Shown: positions 19,104 through 29,064 of the stretch, piece after piece
How positions within the stretch are numbered: the stretch's first letter is position 1
Layout of the letters: each line of letters starts with the position of its first letter
DNA from: a virus
Lineage: Duplodnaviria > Heunggongvirae > Uroviricota > Caudoviricetes
DNA length: 64,000 nt
IMG/VR virus record: IMGVR_UViG_3300000976_000008
Coordinates: 239,223 to 303,222 of that record
Reading direction: 5' to 3' (one strand)
The notes under the pieces: generated by a model
Seen by the model: only the letters and a program-made list of their open reading frames with translations
The model's database searches: none
Told to the model about the DNA's origin: nothing
Translations under genes and position numbers: made by a program

Positions 19104-20519
19104 TTACCTCGCAAATTGAGTTTCTTGTTCGGTAGGCCCGAACGAAATTAAGTGGATTGGGATATCTAGACGACTAAGCATTTCCCGATTGCATAATCGC
19201 AACAATTCATCTGTCGAGGTATGTGCCATATCAATTGTTTTAAATTCTGGCACACATTTCTCTAAGAAAGAACCCAATTCTTGTTGGTACTTTCTTCTCC
19301 GAACATTCTCTGCTGGATCAATTGAAAGCAATTTTCCATCAGATATGAAACGGTGTGATTTTTCAAGCTGTGAAGGCTCGTTAAATTTGTATTTTTCGCA
19401 AATTTCCCATTTGCCAGTCTCATGAATATCGTCGCACCAAGTTAGAGCAATCCCATCAATATCAACTCCACAATTCTCTACTGCATAACGGAGTAGCATA
19501 AAATCTAAAGGGCCGACTCTCACCTTACCCTGATAGCGATTCTCATTCTTATGACTGCCAGGTGCTAACTTCTCCGTCATATCTTCACAATGAGTAGGCA
19601 TTGGGCCAGCACCATGACGAACACTATATGCCCTATGTACCCCAATGTTGACAATTTCACCATTATAATCAAATTGGCGAAGATAATCGGTTACAAATGT
19701 AGGCAATGTACGAATAGCACTCACATGGGGATGAAATCCAAGTGCATTATCTGTCAAAATGCCGTGTGAACTCTCAATTACAACATCGCCATCTTGGGCA
19801 AGAATCTGGCGAATATGATCGCCTTCTACCACGTTTAATTTCTCACCAACTTCTCTGAATCGTTCAATGTTGTGCTTCAAAAAACCCGGATCGTAAAGCA
19901 GGTTCAATTCGATTTGAATCAACTCCCGATCTTCATCAGTAATATCAACGACAAGTTCTTGGCCCAATTTAGAGGTTTTGGCAATGTAGTAGTCCCGAAG
20001 TCTACTCAATTTATTGCTGAGATTATGGAACTTCGAACCATCTCTCAAATCAGAGGCTCTAATTGTCAGATCTGGTTGAACATTTCGAATTCTATGAGCA
20101 ACACCAACTCCAGTCCCAACAGTGCCTCTAGGAGTAGTCCTAGTTAATTCTGTAATCCTTGAGAATATGCCATGGTAGGGGGTGGCACATAATGCTGATT
20201 CATCTACAGTCAACAAATCGAAAGCATTAGTGATACCTATATATCTCAAGCAATCAGCTTCTTTTAACATCCCTGTGGGACTAATTATCATCAGGGGTGT
20301 TATGTGTGTTTTGATTCCCTCAAGTGTTCCGCAACCCCATTGGCTGAAGCAGAACTTTGTTCGCTTATTCTGTGCACCGTGTTGACCCTGTGCACCACCG
20401 ATTTTTACAACGGTGTGGGGATGATGGCGGCAACAGAGTGCATGTATAGCACCCCCTTTGCCGCCATCGCCTGGCCCCAAATCGAAAATTGAAAAGACTC
20501 GATCAGTCATCAGATCCAA
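19104..20519 (-). CDS. Divergent adenylosuccinate synthetase-like (PurA family) ligase
   Basis: DLGPGDGGKG, GGAQGQHG, ESSHGILTD, RAYSVRHGAGPMPT, RVGPLD, ISFGPT. Confidence 0.85.
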   Translation of the reverse strand: MDLMTDRVFSIFDLGPGDGGKGGAIHALCCRHHPHTVVKIGGAQGQHGAQNKRTKFCFSQWGCGTLEGIKTHITPLMIISPTGMLKEADCLRYIGITNAFDLLTVDESALCATPYHGIFSRITELTRTTPRGTVGTGVGVAHRIRNVQPDLTIRASDLRDGSKFHNLSNKLSRLRDYYIAKTSKLGQELVVDITDEDRELIQIELNLLYDPGFLKHNIERFREVGEKLNVVEGDHIRQILAQDGDVVIESSHGILTDNALGFHPHVSAIRTLPTFVTDYLRQFDYNGEIVNIGVHRAYSVRHGAGPMPTHCEDMTEKLAPGSHKNENRYQGKVRVGPLDFMLLRYAVENCGVDIDGIALTWCDDIHETGKWEICEKYKFNEPSQLEKSHRFISDGKLLSIDPAENVRRRKYQQELGSFLEKCVPEFKTIDMAHTSTDELLRLCNREMLSRLDIPIHLISFGPTEQETQFAR

Positions 20520-21658
20520 GTATCTCGCTCTTCGTCGTCATCCTCATCTTCGCCATCTTCTTCAGCTTCTTCGACGCTTGAACTTGAGATTGGCCAAATG
20601 TTGGTATCTTCCCAAACATCTGGTTTCTCTGCGAAGAAATCGCCCTTCATCGGTCGCCGATCAAAGTTCGGCAACTGAGCCTGTGCACCAAGAGGAATAT
20701 CGACCAGAGCCTCCATGATGGTTTCGGCTGCTGCTTCGTCAACATTCATCCTTGTCAGGAATGTTACCACTTCTTGCGGTTCGATGACTCCTTCAGTCAG
20801 ACCAATTATTGCGGCCTGAGTCTGAGGAATCCATTTGGCGTGAGGAATCGGCACGACACGTTCTTTGCCGCAGTGTTCATTCCAGAAACGTTTCGCAGAA
20901 CTACTGTTCCTAACGACAATGATGAAAGCATGTGCTTCTTCGAGAAGATCGTTCCAGATCGTCTCAAGTTCCATGCTGCCACCATTGTGCTTGATTTGGT
21001 GGCCGTTTTCACTGACTTTGGTGAAAACTTCATCGCCGAAGGTCCGTTTCAAAGTCTTGTCATCAACTCGCCCACGGCCAGGTGCATCCGTGACTGTGAA
21101 GTCATAACGCTTGAGGCCGATTCGATTAATGTAAGATCTAACCAAGTACGCACCACCGAAGATCCCCACATCAGGATCTTCAGCAGGATCTCCGCCGCCT
21201 CGCTCTGGTACCATCTGTGTGAGTTGGTTGACAATCTTATCAGCAACCATTTCAAATGGTGGTCTGCAAAGAACGAAATCATCGACGACGTCACCGAAGA
21301 TTCCTGTGGAAGCTTGGATATCGTAGTCTTCGAGAACTTCTTTCCAGTATTCGAAGGCATTTGGAAGCACTTCCAAGGCAGTATCGACACTGTCACCCAT
21401 ACTGCTCGTCGAATCGAAGCGTGTTTCGATTGGAATAGGAGTACCAACCAGCAACTTCCAGCCACCATCTTCCTTACCAACTCGTGGAAGTGATAGCCGA
21501 GTTACTCCGAATTCTGCAGGGTCAACGATAGGCTGCAGCTTACCAGTCTTCTTGGCTTGCTGTTCAGCCTTTTTTGTTACCCCTTTCGATCCGCGAGTTA
21601 CACCAACGCTCGCCAAAGCGGCAGTGTATGTCTCTTTTGTTAAAAAACTGTCACCCAT
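20510..21658 (-). CDS. vWA-like (MIDAS) protein
   Basis: FDSTSSMG, GIFGD, GGGDPAEDP, VTDAP. Confidence 0.75.
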   Translation of the reverse strand: MGDSFLTKETYTAALASVGVTRGSKGVTKKAEQQAKKTGKLQPIVDPAEFGVTRLSLPRVGKEDGGWKLLVGTPIPIETRFDSTSSMGDSVDTALEVLPNAFEYWKEVLEDYDIQASTGIFGDVVDDFVLCRPPFEMVADKIVNQLTQMVPERGGGDPAEDPDVGIFGGAYLVRSYINRIGLKRYDFTVTDAPGRGRVDDKTLKRTFGDEVFTKVSENGHQIKHNGGSMELETIWNDLLEEAHAFIIVVRNSSSAKRFWNEHCGKERVVPIPHAKWIPQTQAAIIGLTEGVIEPQEVVTFLTRMNVDEAAAETIMEALVDIPLGAQAQLPNFDRRPMKGDFFAEKPDVWEDTNIWPISSSSVEEAEEDGEDEDDDEERDTWI

Positions 21659-21659
21659 C

Positions 21660-22556
21660 CTAAACCTCATGCGTCTTGAAAGGATAAAAACCTGGCTCCC
21701 AGACAGAGGCTGGGTTTGATTGCAAGGCTCTTACCGTTTGGTAGAAATTAGTATGTGCCCTCTGTGCGTCATCTTCTCTGCCTCTTGCCAAATAGCTTAT
21801 GTATTCAGTATAAGAGTTATCGTGCGGCGTTTCGTGGGCGAATGCCAGATTATGTCCATTATCTGCACCACCAACCACCTTAATAATACATCTGGCGGCT
21901 TTGCTTATATCCCCCTTCTTATTCTTAGAGGATAGATTAGTATGAACCTCGGCTTCGGACCAGTTGAACAACATGACGAAATGTTGATCGCGTTCGATCA
22001 AGACATTGTTGCCGAAAACGTTGTTAACTTGGATATTTTGCATGTGAGCGAAGTGAATCAGTTTCAGCAGCTTCCCAAAAATCCAAGCACTAGTTCTTAA
22101 ATCAACTCTAAGACCAGCTTTTGGGATCTTGATCAAAGGAACCATTGTAGAAACATCATCGACTGCTTTGAAAGCGATGACACTGACTTGTCGTCGATCG
22201 GACAACACAATGGTCTCTACGATTTCTGGGAACATGAAATCGTAATTGTATGGGACGTCGTGGTCACCGCTATCGATCTTATCAGAAAACATATGCATCT
22301 TGCGAAGAATAATTTCTTGCTTCGCAATTTCAGCGTTGTAGCTAGGATCGAGAGCCACTAACAGGAGAAGATTTCTTCCCGAACTATCTGTGCACTTCCG
22401 AATGCGATAGCTCTTTGTTTCAGCTACTACTTTCCCAATATTGTATTCATCAATGCGTCGCGATCGGCGATCCGCTTTGACAGATCCTTTTGATCCTTTT
22501 CGAGATCTTTTTTGCATTTCTTCAATTCTCGCCGTGTTTGGTTGATCTTTAGCCAT
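21660..22556 (-). CDS. Protein-kinase-fold protein, probably pseudokinase
   Basis: WIFGKLLKLIHFAHMQNIQVNNVFGNNVLIE...LFNWS (degenerate HRD/DFG). Confidence 0.65.
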   Translation of the reverse strand: MAKDQPNTARIEEMQKRSRKGSKGSVKADRRSRRIDEYNIGKVVAETKSYRIRKCTDSSGRNLLLLVALDPSYNAEIAKQEIILRKMHMFSDKIDSGDHDVPYNYDFMFPEIVETIVLSDRRQVSVIAFKAVDDVSTMVPLIKIPKAGLRVDLRTSAWIFGKLLKLIHFAHMQNIQVNNVFGNNVLIERDQHFVMLFNWSEAEVHTNLSSKNKKGDISKAARCIIKVVGGADNGHNLAFAHETPHDNSYTEYISYLARGREDDAQRAHTNFYQTVRALQSNPASVWEPGFYPFKTHEV

Positions 22557-22954
22557 GTTCGTCTTTGCCGAATCTTGTTAGCTCTATCGGCGTTGAATGC
22601 TACCTTTTTTGCGAAATCTAGAACATTATTCGGGTAATCGGGATTGCATATATCGAATATGAATTGTTCTTCTGGACTTTTACCACCGAACACCATACTC
22701 TCAACAGTTCTCGCTCCCATTGTTACAGAACTGACATCGACTTTTAATTGACCGAAATAAACCCAAGCTCCACCAGATGCTCTTGCAATGAACATATTTT
22801 TAGTATGTTGAATAGTAGTAGGATTATTATTATTTCCGTATCCCTGAAATGGAGCAATACGCAAATAAAGGTCATCCCAAGAGGCTTCACTTTTTCTGAG
22901 AGCCATCGAATCGATATTCAAACTTCTGGCTATTTCGTCTCTTAAGTCGAGCAT
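22427..22954 (-). CDS. Hypothetical, family A
   Basis: FDICNPDYPNNV. Confidence 0.75.
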   Translation of the reverse strand: MLDLRDEIARSLNIDSMALRKSEASWDDLYLRIAPFQGYGNNNNPTTIQHTKNMFIARASGGAWVYFGQLKVDVSSVTMGARTVESMVFGGKSPEEQFIFDICNPDYPNNVLDFAKKVAFNADRANKIRQRRTWLKINQTRRELKKCKKDLEKDQKDLSKRIADRDALMNTILGK

Positions 22955-23427
22955 TTTGTTTTTGCGAAATTTCTCATTGTTCGTTTGATCTTAAGATCTT
23001 TGACTTTCTTAGCAACTCTCGATGCCTCTCCTATGAAATTCACGACATTTTGCGGAAATTCCGGGTCAGCCGCTGGAAAATCGAAAACGTCATAATAACA
23101 TTGTGATCTAAGAACACTCAGAACTGTTTTGATATCAAGCTTAATACCGTTAGATCGTATGGTAAGGACACCTAAGAATTCCCATGGATATCCTCTGTCG
23201 TATTGCACCATAATATTCAAACGATATTGGTCGCTAAAAACTCCGCCTCTGTTATCCGTCCTAATCGCAAAACCATAATATCTGGTTCGCAACGATCTGA
23301 AGTAGTCGAAGAGGACAGTTTGTAGATCATTCTTCGAAGTAAGCATACTCACCGAGATCCCAAATAACCAAGCACTTTCGCCCTGATTTCCATGGAAACC
23401 ATCCGATTCTACCAACATCGTCGGCAT
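22942..23427 (-). CDS. Hypothetical, family A
   Basis: FPAADPEFPQNV. Confidence 0.75.
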   Translation of the reverse strand: MPTMLVESDGFHGNQGESAWLFGISVSMLTSKNDLQTVLFDYFRSLRTRYYGFAIRTDNRGGVFSDQYRLNIMVQYDRGYPWEFLGVLTIRSNGIKLDIKTVLSVLRSQCYYDVFDFPAADPEFPQNVVNFIGEASRVAKKVKDLKIKRTMRNFAKTKCST

Positions 23428-23668
23428 CGGTGACTACTACTTCATCCCAACCACGTTTTGGTCCAAAACCGGTTGCAACCTTTTCTCGGCCAGTTGGCTC
23501 TATCATCAGGAGAACCGGATCATCAAGATCCTTGTAATCCTTGGTCAACTGGAGACCATTTTGTTTCTTGGCAAGAATCGCCATTTTCGTAGGCTTCATC
23601 TTTTTGCGTGTCGCCATCATTGAATCCCATATTGGTTGAGATTGGTTTATTGCAGAGGTTGCCAACAA
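23327..23668 (-). CDS. Hypothetical protein
   Basis: 113 aa ORF, start uncertain. Confidence 0.7.
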   Translation of the reverse strand: MLATSAINQSQPIWDSMMATRKKMKPTKMAILAKKQNGLQLTKDYKDLDDPVLLMIEPTGREKVATGFGPKRGWDEVVVTDADDVGRIGWFPWKSGRKCLVIWDLGEYAYFEE

Positions 23669-23826
23669 GTGAAATCATTCATTGTGGCGTCGAAGTATCG
23701 AACTGTTAGAGTATGACCCTTATCCAGTAAGGCTTTAGTTGCTTGAAATATCTCACGGATGCTTCCTTTTAAAGAAAGTGTATCACCGTTTTCAATTCTG
23801 ACTTCCAATGTCTCGCTCGCCTTCAT
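23647..23826 (-). CDS. Small hypothetical protein (59 aa, not in ORF track)
   Basis: MKASETLEVRIENGD...; fills gap, GGGGA RBS. Confidence 0.65.
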   Translation of the reverse strand: MKASETLEVRIENGDTLSLKGSIREIFQATKALLDKGHTLTVRYFDATMNDFTCWQPLQ

Positions 23827-23829
23827 GGC

Positions 23830-24156
23830 TTATCCCCGGTTTTTTATTTGTGCCCTCAAAGAGCAGGTGATGCAAGAGACCGAGTGGGCCGGTCCCATGC
23901 AAGAGTTACATTCGCTGCATTTCGCAAGATGGGGTCTGTTGCACTTTCCTTGGCAGATTCCGCATCTTCCTGTGTCTGTTTCATCAAAACCAAGCTTCTC
24001 TAAGAGAACTGCTTTGACGATTTCTGATGTTGTAGTGTGGTCGTAATCTTCGACAGACCCACCACGAACTTGGTGACTGCGGAATCTCACCGCTTCGGCG
24101 AGATCCCGCTTTGCCACTTCGTCAGCAATCTCTTGAATTGCTTCTTCGAGATTCAT
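23830..24156 (-). CDS. Hypothetical Cys-rich protein
   Basis: Three CxxC; TAATG overlap. Confidence 0.75.
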   Translation of the reverse strand: MNLEEAIQEIADEVAKRDLAEAVRFRSHQVRGGSVEDYDHTTTSEIVKAVLLEKLGFDETDTGRCGICQGKCNRPHLAKCSECNSCMGPAHSVSCITCSLRAQIKNRG

Positions 24157-25589
24157 TACTGGTTGACCTTCATCCGCACTGTGTGACCCCAACCAGGACC
24201 ATCGGTCTGACCTTCAGGAGTCGTGATGACAGTAATCAGAGGGAACCCACATGGCTTATGCCATCCAGTGTAACCGTCTGTCAGCATCACCGTACAGTCT
24301 GGGACCTGCTTGTTTTCCATCAACCAGTCGATTGGACCGACCATGTCAGTTCCGCCACGTCCATTGACAGTCAACCGCTTCCAATCGCCGCGACGGTACT
24401 TTTCGAATCCTTGGAAGGCAGCATCCCATTGGAGGATGGTGATCTTGGCCTTACTACTCAAAGACTCAATCTCTGCGAAGAATTGCTCAAGCTCACGCTT
24501 ACCAATTGATCCGGAAGTGTCGATGATGACGCAAACTGTGGCTGCTGCATGATGAGAGACGCCAGCAATTCCAAAGTGACGTCGACGTCGGTTGCGACGG
24601 CTGTAAGTCTTGCGACTATTGCCGACATGCTTGCCAAGGTATTGTCGGATCAACTCACGCCATCGGATGATTGGCTTGCCAAGTTCGGCGATTGCTTCTT
24701 CTAGGTGTGAGGGGACATGGCCTTGACACTTTTCAGTAGCTTGATCGACGATATCCTTGACGAGTTGTCGTGCTTCGTCTTCGGAGACGTCGGACATGTT
24801 CCAAGTCGAATGGTCGTCGATGACCTTTCCGGAGACACCGCCAAATGAATAGGAGTCACCACCAGATTGGCCACATGCTCCACACTGGGATTCGTCACCA
24901 CCGCCGCCACTGCCATCCTGTTCTTCTTCACCTTGACCGCTACCACTGCCGCCACTGCTGCCCTGGCCGTCATCATCCTCTTCTTCCCCTTTGCCCTTTC
25001 CGCCTTTTCCTTTGCCTTTCATGGGTCGTCCGCACTGTCCGCAGCACTTACCACCCTGCGACTTTTCGAGCTTGTCGTAGTACCATTCCGTGGTTTGGTC
25101 GTGTGGCCAATCCTCAGGAATCCAGATGATATTCCCCTTCAGAGGGACTACCATTTCACTGGATTGTGGTTCGTGGTACCCGATTCGTGGGTTTTGCTTG
25201 GTACCGTTGACGCACATATCGGCGGCAATATTCCAAGCTTCTGGGTTTCGGTGACTGTTGCGAATGCAGTGGCAGCGAACAATGTGTTCGATTTCGTGCT
25301 GGATGACCGCGAACAATTCTTTGAGATTCAGTTTGTCAACGAATGGGGGGTAGTAAATACATTGCACGTCGTGTCCGTTGACGATTCGAACGCCCATTGT
25401 TCGCTGTTGTTCTGGCAACCAAGGCATATTGGATGGAACCCAAGTCATACCCATGGCGACGTGCCCGTACCATGGTTCTCGTGTCATCAGACGACACCGG
25501 GCATTCATCAAACGCTCCGATTGTTCGGCTGTGACCTTTGCTCTGGATGATTTGCGTGCAACCATGTTCGTCGTCTTTGTACCTACCAC
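24156..25589 (-). CDS. DUF2201-type metallopeptidase-like + vWA domain protein (MoxR partner)
   Basis: HEIEHIVRCH, WNIAADMCVN, IDDHSTW, IIDTSGSI, GRGGTD, MLTDGY. Confidence 0.9.
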   Translation of the reverse strand: MVGTKTTNMVARKSSRAKVTAEQSERLMNARCRLMTREPWYGHVAMGMTWVPSNMPWLPEQQRTMGVRIVNGHDVQCIYYPPFVDKLNLKELFAVIQHEIEHIVRCHCIRNSHRNPEAWNIAADMCVNGTKQNPRIGYHEPQSSEMVVPLKGNIIWIPEDWPHDQTTEWYYDKLEKSQGGKCCGQCGRPMKGKGKGGKGKGEEEDDDGQGSSGGSGSGQGEEEQDGSGGGGDESQCGACGQSGGDSYSFGGVSGKVIDDHSTWNMSDVSEDEARQLVKDIVDQATEKCQGHVPSHLEEAIAELGKPIIRWRELIRQYLGKHVGNSRKTYSRRNRRRRHFGIAGVSHHAAATVCVIIDTSGSIGKRELEQFFAEIESLSSKAKITILQWDAAFQGFEKYRRGDWKRLTVNGRGGTDMVGPIDWLMENKQVPDCTVMLTDGYTGWHKPCGFPLITVITTPEGQTDGPGWGHTVRMKVNQ

Positions 25590-25634
25590 GGGATTTCTGC
25601 CTTCTTCGAGTAAAATACGTGTTCCGTTAATCTT

Positions 25635-25661
25635 ATGTTACAAGACTATATTGTTCGTTAA
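25635..25661 (-). promoter_or_regulatory. Class I promoter motif (variant)
   Basis: TTAAC-N13-TTGTAACAT. Confidence 0.6.
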
Positions 25662-25663
25662 AT

Positions 25664-26089
25664 CTATCCAATAAATGGATCAGTAATACCACTAGATTTC
25701 ACGAGTTGCTTTGTAGCAACAATGATTCCTTCTTCCATCCTGAAGAATCCATCCGGATCGCCAGTCTCTATAACTATAACAGTCTCATTACCAGGATTGA
25801 TGGATACCGCAATTGGCTGCGAATCAACAGTATGACTAACTGTTTCCATTGTCTGGATTACTGCAGTTAGATAATCATTTTCTAATGTGAAAATTATCCG
25901 AACCCAATATCCAGAATTACATTTAATGCGGTAAGTTCGAGTATCAGGGTTATCACTAGGATAGATCCGATCAACTCTAAATTGATGAGCAAGTTTAGTT
26001 CTTATGAACTTTTCCAAACTATCACAGATAGAAGGGAAAATGTCTTGATCAAATTTCATGCTAATTCCTAGTATACAGGAGTGGCCCAT
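25664..26089 (-). CDS. Hypothetical, family A
   Basis: IETGDPDGFFRM. Confidence 0.7.
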   Translation of the reverse strand: MGHSCILGISMKFDQDIFPSICDSLEKFIRTKLAHQFRVDRIYPSDNPDTRTYRIKCNSGYWVRIIFTLENDYLTAVIQTMETVSHTVDSQPIAVSINPGNETVIVIETGDPDGFFRMEEGIIVATKQLVKSSGITDPFIG

Positions 26090-26130
26090 CTAGGATGGGC
26101 CACTCAATCGCCGAACGGGAGATCAGACGA

Positions 26131-27486
26131 TTATTCGTCGCTTGACGTTCCCCAAGAGACTCGGGAAAGTGCGTCTTGCAGTTCAGGTCGTTCAGTCAGA
26201 CGATCGATGAACGTCTTCTTGGTGTTACCGGACCGCTTGTTGAACTTCGAGATCATCTTGGCGAGTCGAGGATTCGAGATCACCGCTGCTCGTGCCTTCT
26301 CCTGTTGATCTCCAGGGTTATCACCGCTGACCAAGGCTCGGCAGAATGCGACAACCACATCCTTATCGTTGGCGTGGTCCACCATGAAACTGGCGAAGTC
26401 GAGGCAGACTTCTGCTGTCTTATCGTCTTCGGTCTTGTTCTTGGCGAAACTGACCAGACCCCACATGAGACCAGTCAACTGGTTTCGGTTCAGCTTCTTC
26501 AGCTTCCCTTCGAAAGGCTTGACACCACGGTTGATCAACTCACGAGGCTTGACCGGGCAAGAATGTCGTGAGTAAGATCGGGCAAGCTCTCGACCGACCA
26601 GACCACCGATAACCTCTTCTTTCGCCAGGTCTGAAAAACCCTTGTTGGCAGCAGTCGCGGCTTCCACCTTCGTCACGGATTCCCATGATCGCCGGGAAGG
26701 TTGGACCGAGAATCCGAGTTCACCAGCAATGTCGCCATCAAGGTGCTTCACATTCTGTGAGGCGAATTCGATGACTCCTGCAGCGTCTCCACCGTGCTTG
26801 TCGGCCATGAAGTTGACCCACTCTTCGAGAGTCGTTTCGCCACCGGAAAGTGTCAGGTGGACGAATCGGTCGAGGAATGCCGCATCGTTGAAGCCGGAAA
26901 CTTGGTAGCCTTCCATGTAGTTACCGGCAGCAACAACTTGCCAGCCTGGTGGCAAGACGTACTGACCAACTCGTCGGTCGAGAACCAACTGGAAGATCGC
27001 CTGCAGAACATCGTCCTGGGCACGGTTCACTTCGTCGATGAAGAGGATACCGTTCTGGAATCGCGGCTGGATTTTCTGCAGCTTCTCGTAGTACAACCGT
27101 TCGGTTTCGAGATCTGCCTTCTCCAGAGCCTTTGCGATGGCGACTGGTGCATCCTTGACCTTCTTCGCATCGATGTCGAGAAGTTCGCAGAGTTCCGCTG
27201 TCACGTCTTCGGTCGTCATGTCACCAACTGGCATGTCGGCTGGCGGCAAGTAGTGAGTGCGATAATCGTCTTCGATGCCGAGATTGACACCGGTCTCAGG
27301 GAGACCTCGAACATCGGATGCTTCCAACTGAGAACATCGTAGGTCCAAGAAACCCATGCCGTTTTCGGCGGCGAGTTGTTGGACGAGACTTGACTTACCA
27401 AGCCCTCGGTGGCCCCAAATGAACGGTGTGATTCCCGCAAGACCACAAATCTGAACTGCTTCTTTGAGGATCGAAATCTTCGCCAT
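26131..27486 (-). CDS. MoxR-type AAA+ ATPase
   Basis: Walker A GHRGLGKS, Walker B ILFIDEVNRA, AAGN, AFLDRF, PSRRSW. Confidence 0.92.
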   Translation of the reverse strand: MAKISILKEAVQICGLAGITPFIWGHRGLGKSSLVQQLAAENGMGFLDLRCSQLEASDVRGLPETGVNLGIEDDYRTHYLPPADMPVGDMTTEDVTAELCELLDIDAKKVKDAPVAIAKALEKADLETERLYYEKLQKIQPRFQNGILFIDEVNRAQDDVLQAIFQLVLDRRVGQYVLPPGWQVVAAGNYMEGYQVSGFNDAAFLDRFVHLTLSGGETTLEEWVNFMADKHGGDAAGVIEFASQNVKHLDGDIAGELGFSVQPSRRSWESVTKVEAATAANKGFSDLAKEEVIGGLVGRELARSYSRHSCPVKPRELINRGVKPFEGKLKKLNRNQLTGLMWGLVSFAKNKTEDDKTAEVCLDFASFMVDHANDKDVVVAFCRALVSGDNPGDQQEKARAAVISNPRLAKMISKFNKRSGNTKKTFIDRLTERPELQDALSRVSWGTSSDE

Positions 27487-27547
27487 TTTCCGTGTACTCC
27501 CGTTTCGGATTGTTGAAAAGGTGGGGTGGCAACCCCGTCATATCATA

Positions 27548-27574
27548 TTGTTGCGAGCCAGAAAGGGTGGTTAA
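27548..27574 (-). promoter_or_regulatory. Class I promoter motif
   Basis: TTAAC-N13-TCGCAACAA upstream of MoxR. Confidence 0.75.
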
Positions 27575-27576
27575 TT

Positions 27577-28056
27577 TCAATCATCCCACCGCCAAGCACC
27601 AGTCCCAGAAAGAATATCCAATATATCTGGGATCGTATCAACTTGAACCCTATACAATACATCTAGCTTCTTATAGGGATCTCCATATCCGAAAGCTTCA
27701 GCCATATCCGTTCTATCCGGCTTACAAGAAATGATGGGTACCCAGCATTCTCCACGCCAAAGGATCATCGGTATGCGGAGCATTGATTCATACTTCCCCA
27801 CGCCAACTTGTGGAGGGAAACAGAGCAACGGGTCAGAATCTGGATTCAAGAAACCATCAAATCTGGTCTTATTAGTAACAACCCCAATGAATTCAGGGTC
27901 TTCAGCACCAGGTGGTTTGTTCAGAACTTTGTACTCTTCACATGTCACATCAAAAGCTTCCTCGACGAGATAGAATTCGACGAGATTTGATGGAAAACTG
28001 ACAGCCTTAGAGAAGAATTTATAATGAATTCCTTTGAATCCAAAAGTGCGTGTCAT
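27577..28056 (-). CDS. Hypothetical protein
   Basis: Coupled ORF. Confidence 0.75.
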   Translation of the reverse strand: MTRTFGFKGIHYKFFSKAVSFPSNLVEFYLVEEAFDVTCEEYKVLNKPPGAEDPEFIGVVTNKTRFDGFLNPDSDPLLCFPPQVGVGKYESMLRIPMILWRGECWVPIISCKPDRTDMAEAFGYGDPYKKLDVLYRVQVDTIPDILDILSGTGAWRWDD

Positions 28057-28466
28057 TTGAAAACTAAATCTAGGCTAGCGATGATTTCTGGATTAGCAAG
28101 CTCAACTTCGTAAAGAAGATATCGCTTCTTGTTGTAATAAGGCAATCCGTCAGAATTGAGTGCCTTAACCCAGAATTTATCATCATAGAGGTAAATCTCA
28201 ACTCCACTTGAGTTGTAACCGACAAATAGTATTAGGTCGGTACTAGGAGCAGCAAGATCCGGGAGACGTTTGTTGATATGGCAGCAAAGCATTTCGCCAT
28301 CTGGAGTCTCGACAGGACCTAAAGAGACGAAAGAATAGATGACGAATCGCTCAGTTGGGTTAGGAGTGCAAACGGTTTCATCGTTAGAAGCACGTTTTCG
28401 CTTTCTCGCAACAAGTTTCTTCTTCATCTTAATCTCCCACTCCATATTACAACAAGGGATACTCAA
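28053..28466 (-). CDS. Hypothetical, family A
   Basis: VELANPEIIASL. Confidence 0.7.
   Translation of the reverse strand: MSIPCCNMEWEIKMKKKLVARKRKRASNDETVCTPNPTERFVIYSFVSLGPVETPDGEMLCCHINKRLPDLAAPSTDLILFVGYNSSGVEIYLYDDKFWVKALNSDGLPYYNKKRYLLYEVELANPEIIASLDLVFK
28429..28455 (+). promoter_or_regulatory. Class I promoter motif (degenerate)
   Basis: TTAAT-N13-TTACAACAA upstream of + strand methyltransferase. Confidence 0.45.
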
Positions 28467-28509
28467 ATTAAATCTAGAGTATATCCCACATGGTATAGGA
28501 GATTGCAGA

Positions 28510-29064
28510 ATGGAAGGTCAATTATGGCCAATCGAACGGCAGACATTAAAAGATCTCGTTCTAAAAAATAAACCAAAGGTCACCTTAGAAATAGGAACCT
28601 GGAAGGGCGGAGGATCAACTTACCAAATCGCCACAGCCCTACATGAACTAGGAGAAGGTCATCTTTACACTTGCGAACCAGACACTTCTCTATTCACAAT
28701 AGCGAATGCACTCTACTCTGAAGAACAACAACACCTTCCGGTGACCTGTTTAAATTCTTACAGCAATGAAGTGATTTCTGCGATGCTCCAAAGAAAAGAA
28801 ATACCAGATTTCGTTCTAATGGATGGACCAGAAGATCCAGATGTCTGTCTTGATGATTTAATACAGTTGGAACCCAATATGAAAACAGGCTCTATAGTGG
28901 CCTTCCACGATTGGGAAATAGGAGTTAGACTAGACGGCTTAGTGTCAACAAAGAGCCATAAAGTCAGGCCCTATATCGAACAATCTAAGCTTTGGCAAGA
29001 AGTATTAGTATTATCTCAAGACAGTTACAGGACTGTCGGATTTGCAGCATACAAGAGAAATTAA
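28510..29064 (+). CDS. Class I SAM-dependent methyltransferase (Methyltransf_24-like)
   Basis: LEIGTWKGGGST, DFVLMDG, GSIVAFHDW; AGGAG RBS. Confidence 0.85.
   Translation: MEGQLWPIERQTLKDLVLKNKPKVTLEIGTWKGGGSTYQIATALHELGEGHLYTCEPDTSLFTIANALYSEEQQHLPVTCLNSYSNEVISAMLQRKEIPDFVLMDGPEDPDVCLDDLIQLEPNMKTGSIVAFHDWEIGVRLDGLVSTKSHKVRPYIEQSKLWQEVLVLSQDSYRTVGFAAYKRN

Noticed and set aside
19104-20519. PurZ / 2-aminoadenine genome
   Set aside because: Retains Asp in GDGGKG (PurZ has Ser) and lacks the aspartate-binding loop.
17533-27342. Long + strand ORFs (17533..18270, 18539..19135, 20774..21493, 24867..25550, 26794..27342)
   Set aside because: Antisense shadows of codon-biased minus-strand genes.
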